A stretch of 64,000 nt of DNA. It comes from an uncultured bacterium. GTDB lineage: Bacteria; Pseudomonadota; Gammaproteobacteria; Burkholderiales; SG8-39. Every line of letters starts with the position of its first letter. The stretch's first letter is position 1. The position numbers and the translations under genes were made by a program. The notes under the pieces are model-generated. The model saw only the letters and a program-made list of their open reading frames with translations. It did not search any database and had not been told where the DNA came from. The stretch lies in the NCBI GenBank assembly GCA_965233195.1, contig CBDDSB010000025.1:86484-150483 (forward strand), in the 5' to 3' direction. Of this stretch, positions 63,240 through 64,000 are shown piece after piece.

Positions 63240-64000
63240 ATGAAAGCGAACTTACTCGGGTTCGACGCGAGCGGCCTCGAGCGCTTTTTCGCGGAGCAGG
63301 GCGAGAAGCCCTTCCGTGCCCGCCAGGTCCTGCGTTGGCTGCACCAGCGCCACGAGGGTGATTTCGCGCAGATGAGCGATCTTGCCAAGGGGCTGCGCGA
63401 AAAGCTCGTCGCCACGGCCGGGGTGGCGGCGCCGCAGATCGTCGGCGACACCAGGGCCGCCGACGGCACGCGCAAGTGGCTGCTGAAGGTCGACGGCGCC
63501 AACGCCGTCGAGGCGGTGTTCATCCCGGAGACCAGCCGCGGCACGCTGTGCGTCTCGAGCCAGGCGGGCTGCGTGCTGGACTGCGCGTTCTGCTCGACCG
63601 GCAAGCAGGGGTTCAACCGCAACCTGGGTACGGCGGAAATCATCGGCCAGGTCTGGCTCGCCAACCGCCTGCTGAAGGTAGACGGACAGGGAGCGCGACC
63701 GGTCACCAACGTTGTTATGATGGGGATGGGGGAGCCGCTTCTGAACCTGGACAACGTGATCCCGGCACTGCGGCTGATGCTCGATGACAATGCTTACGGC
63801 CTTTCCCGCCGGCGGGTGACGGTGTCCACCGCCGGCGTGGTACCGGGAATCGACCGGCTGCGCGACGAGTGCCCGGTCGCACTCGCCGTCTCGCTGCATG
63901 CGCCCAACGACGAGCTGCGCGACCGGCTGGTGCCGGTCAACCGCAAGTACCCGCTCTCCGAGCTGGTCAAGGCCTGCAATCGCTACCTCGACAAGGCGCC
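63240..64000 (+). CDS. rlmN: 23S rRNA m2A2503 methyltransferase RlmN, 3' end outside window
   Basis: [22 protein letters not shown] radical-SAM motif, MGMGEP, SLHA; follows ndk. Confidence 0.95.
   Translation, partial: MKANLLGFDASGLERFFAEQGEKPFRARQVLRWLHQRHEGDFAQMSDLAKGLREKLVATAGVAAPQIVGDTRAADGTRKWLLKVDGANAVEAVFIPETSRGTLCVSSQAGCVLDCAFCSTGKQGFNRNLGTAEIIGQVWLANRLLKVDGQGARPVTNVVMMGMGEPLLNLDNVIPALRLMLDDNAYGLSRRRVTVSTAGVVPGIDRLRDECPVALAVSLHAPNDELRDRLVPVNRKYPLSELVKACNRYLDKA

Overview
High-GC betaproteobacterial (Burkholderiales/Nitrosomonadales-like) chromosomal window with two halves split at a 45-nt 3' fragment of tRNA-Arg(ACG) at 32831-32875, which looks like an attR site. The left half (1-32830) is probably the right end of a tRNA-integrated, partly ameliorated island. 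It holds a dense signalling cluster (degenerate GGDEF-EAL protein, response regulators, two kinases, an adenylate cyclase-PilZ fusion), redox/stress genes (AKR, IorAB-like, Dps, sorbosone dehydrogenase, pirin/FMN reductase/LysR), two patatins with a 3-hydroxybutyrate dehydrogenase, and an RND pump. It also holds a metal-uptake operon (porin-like OMP, binding protein, permease, no ATPase) preceded by a His/Cys-rich DUF2946-like leader whose terminal Pro-Pro codons base-pair with the next gene's Shine-Dalgarno. The right half looks like core genome: xth, yaeQ, an atypical HPr, pssA, a PAS hybrid kinase, tandem orphan ParA paralogs, a decayed ada/ogt, selO, namZ, a TRAP/Bug sugar-acid catabolic locus, HU-HNH-DUF6352-AlkA, accA, tilS, ndk and partial rlmN. 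Many genes have a -10 hexamer 6-10 nt before the start codon and no SD, suggesting widespread leaderless mRNAs. No CRISPR array, rRNA, intact tRNA, integrase or transposase was seen. All family calls are from motif recognition by eye, not database searches.
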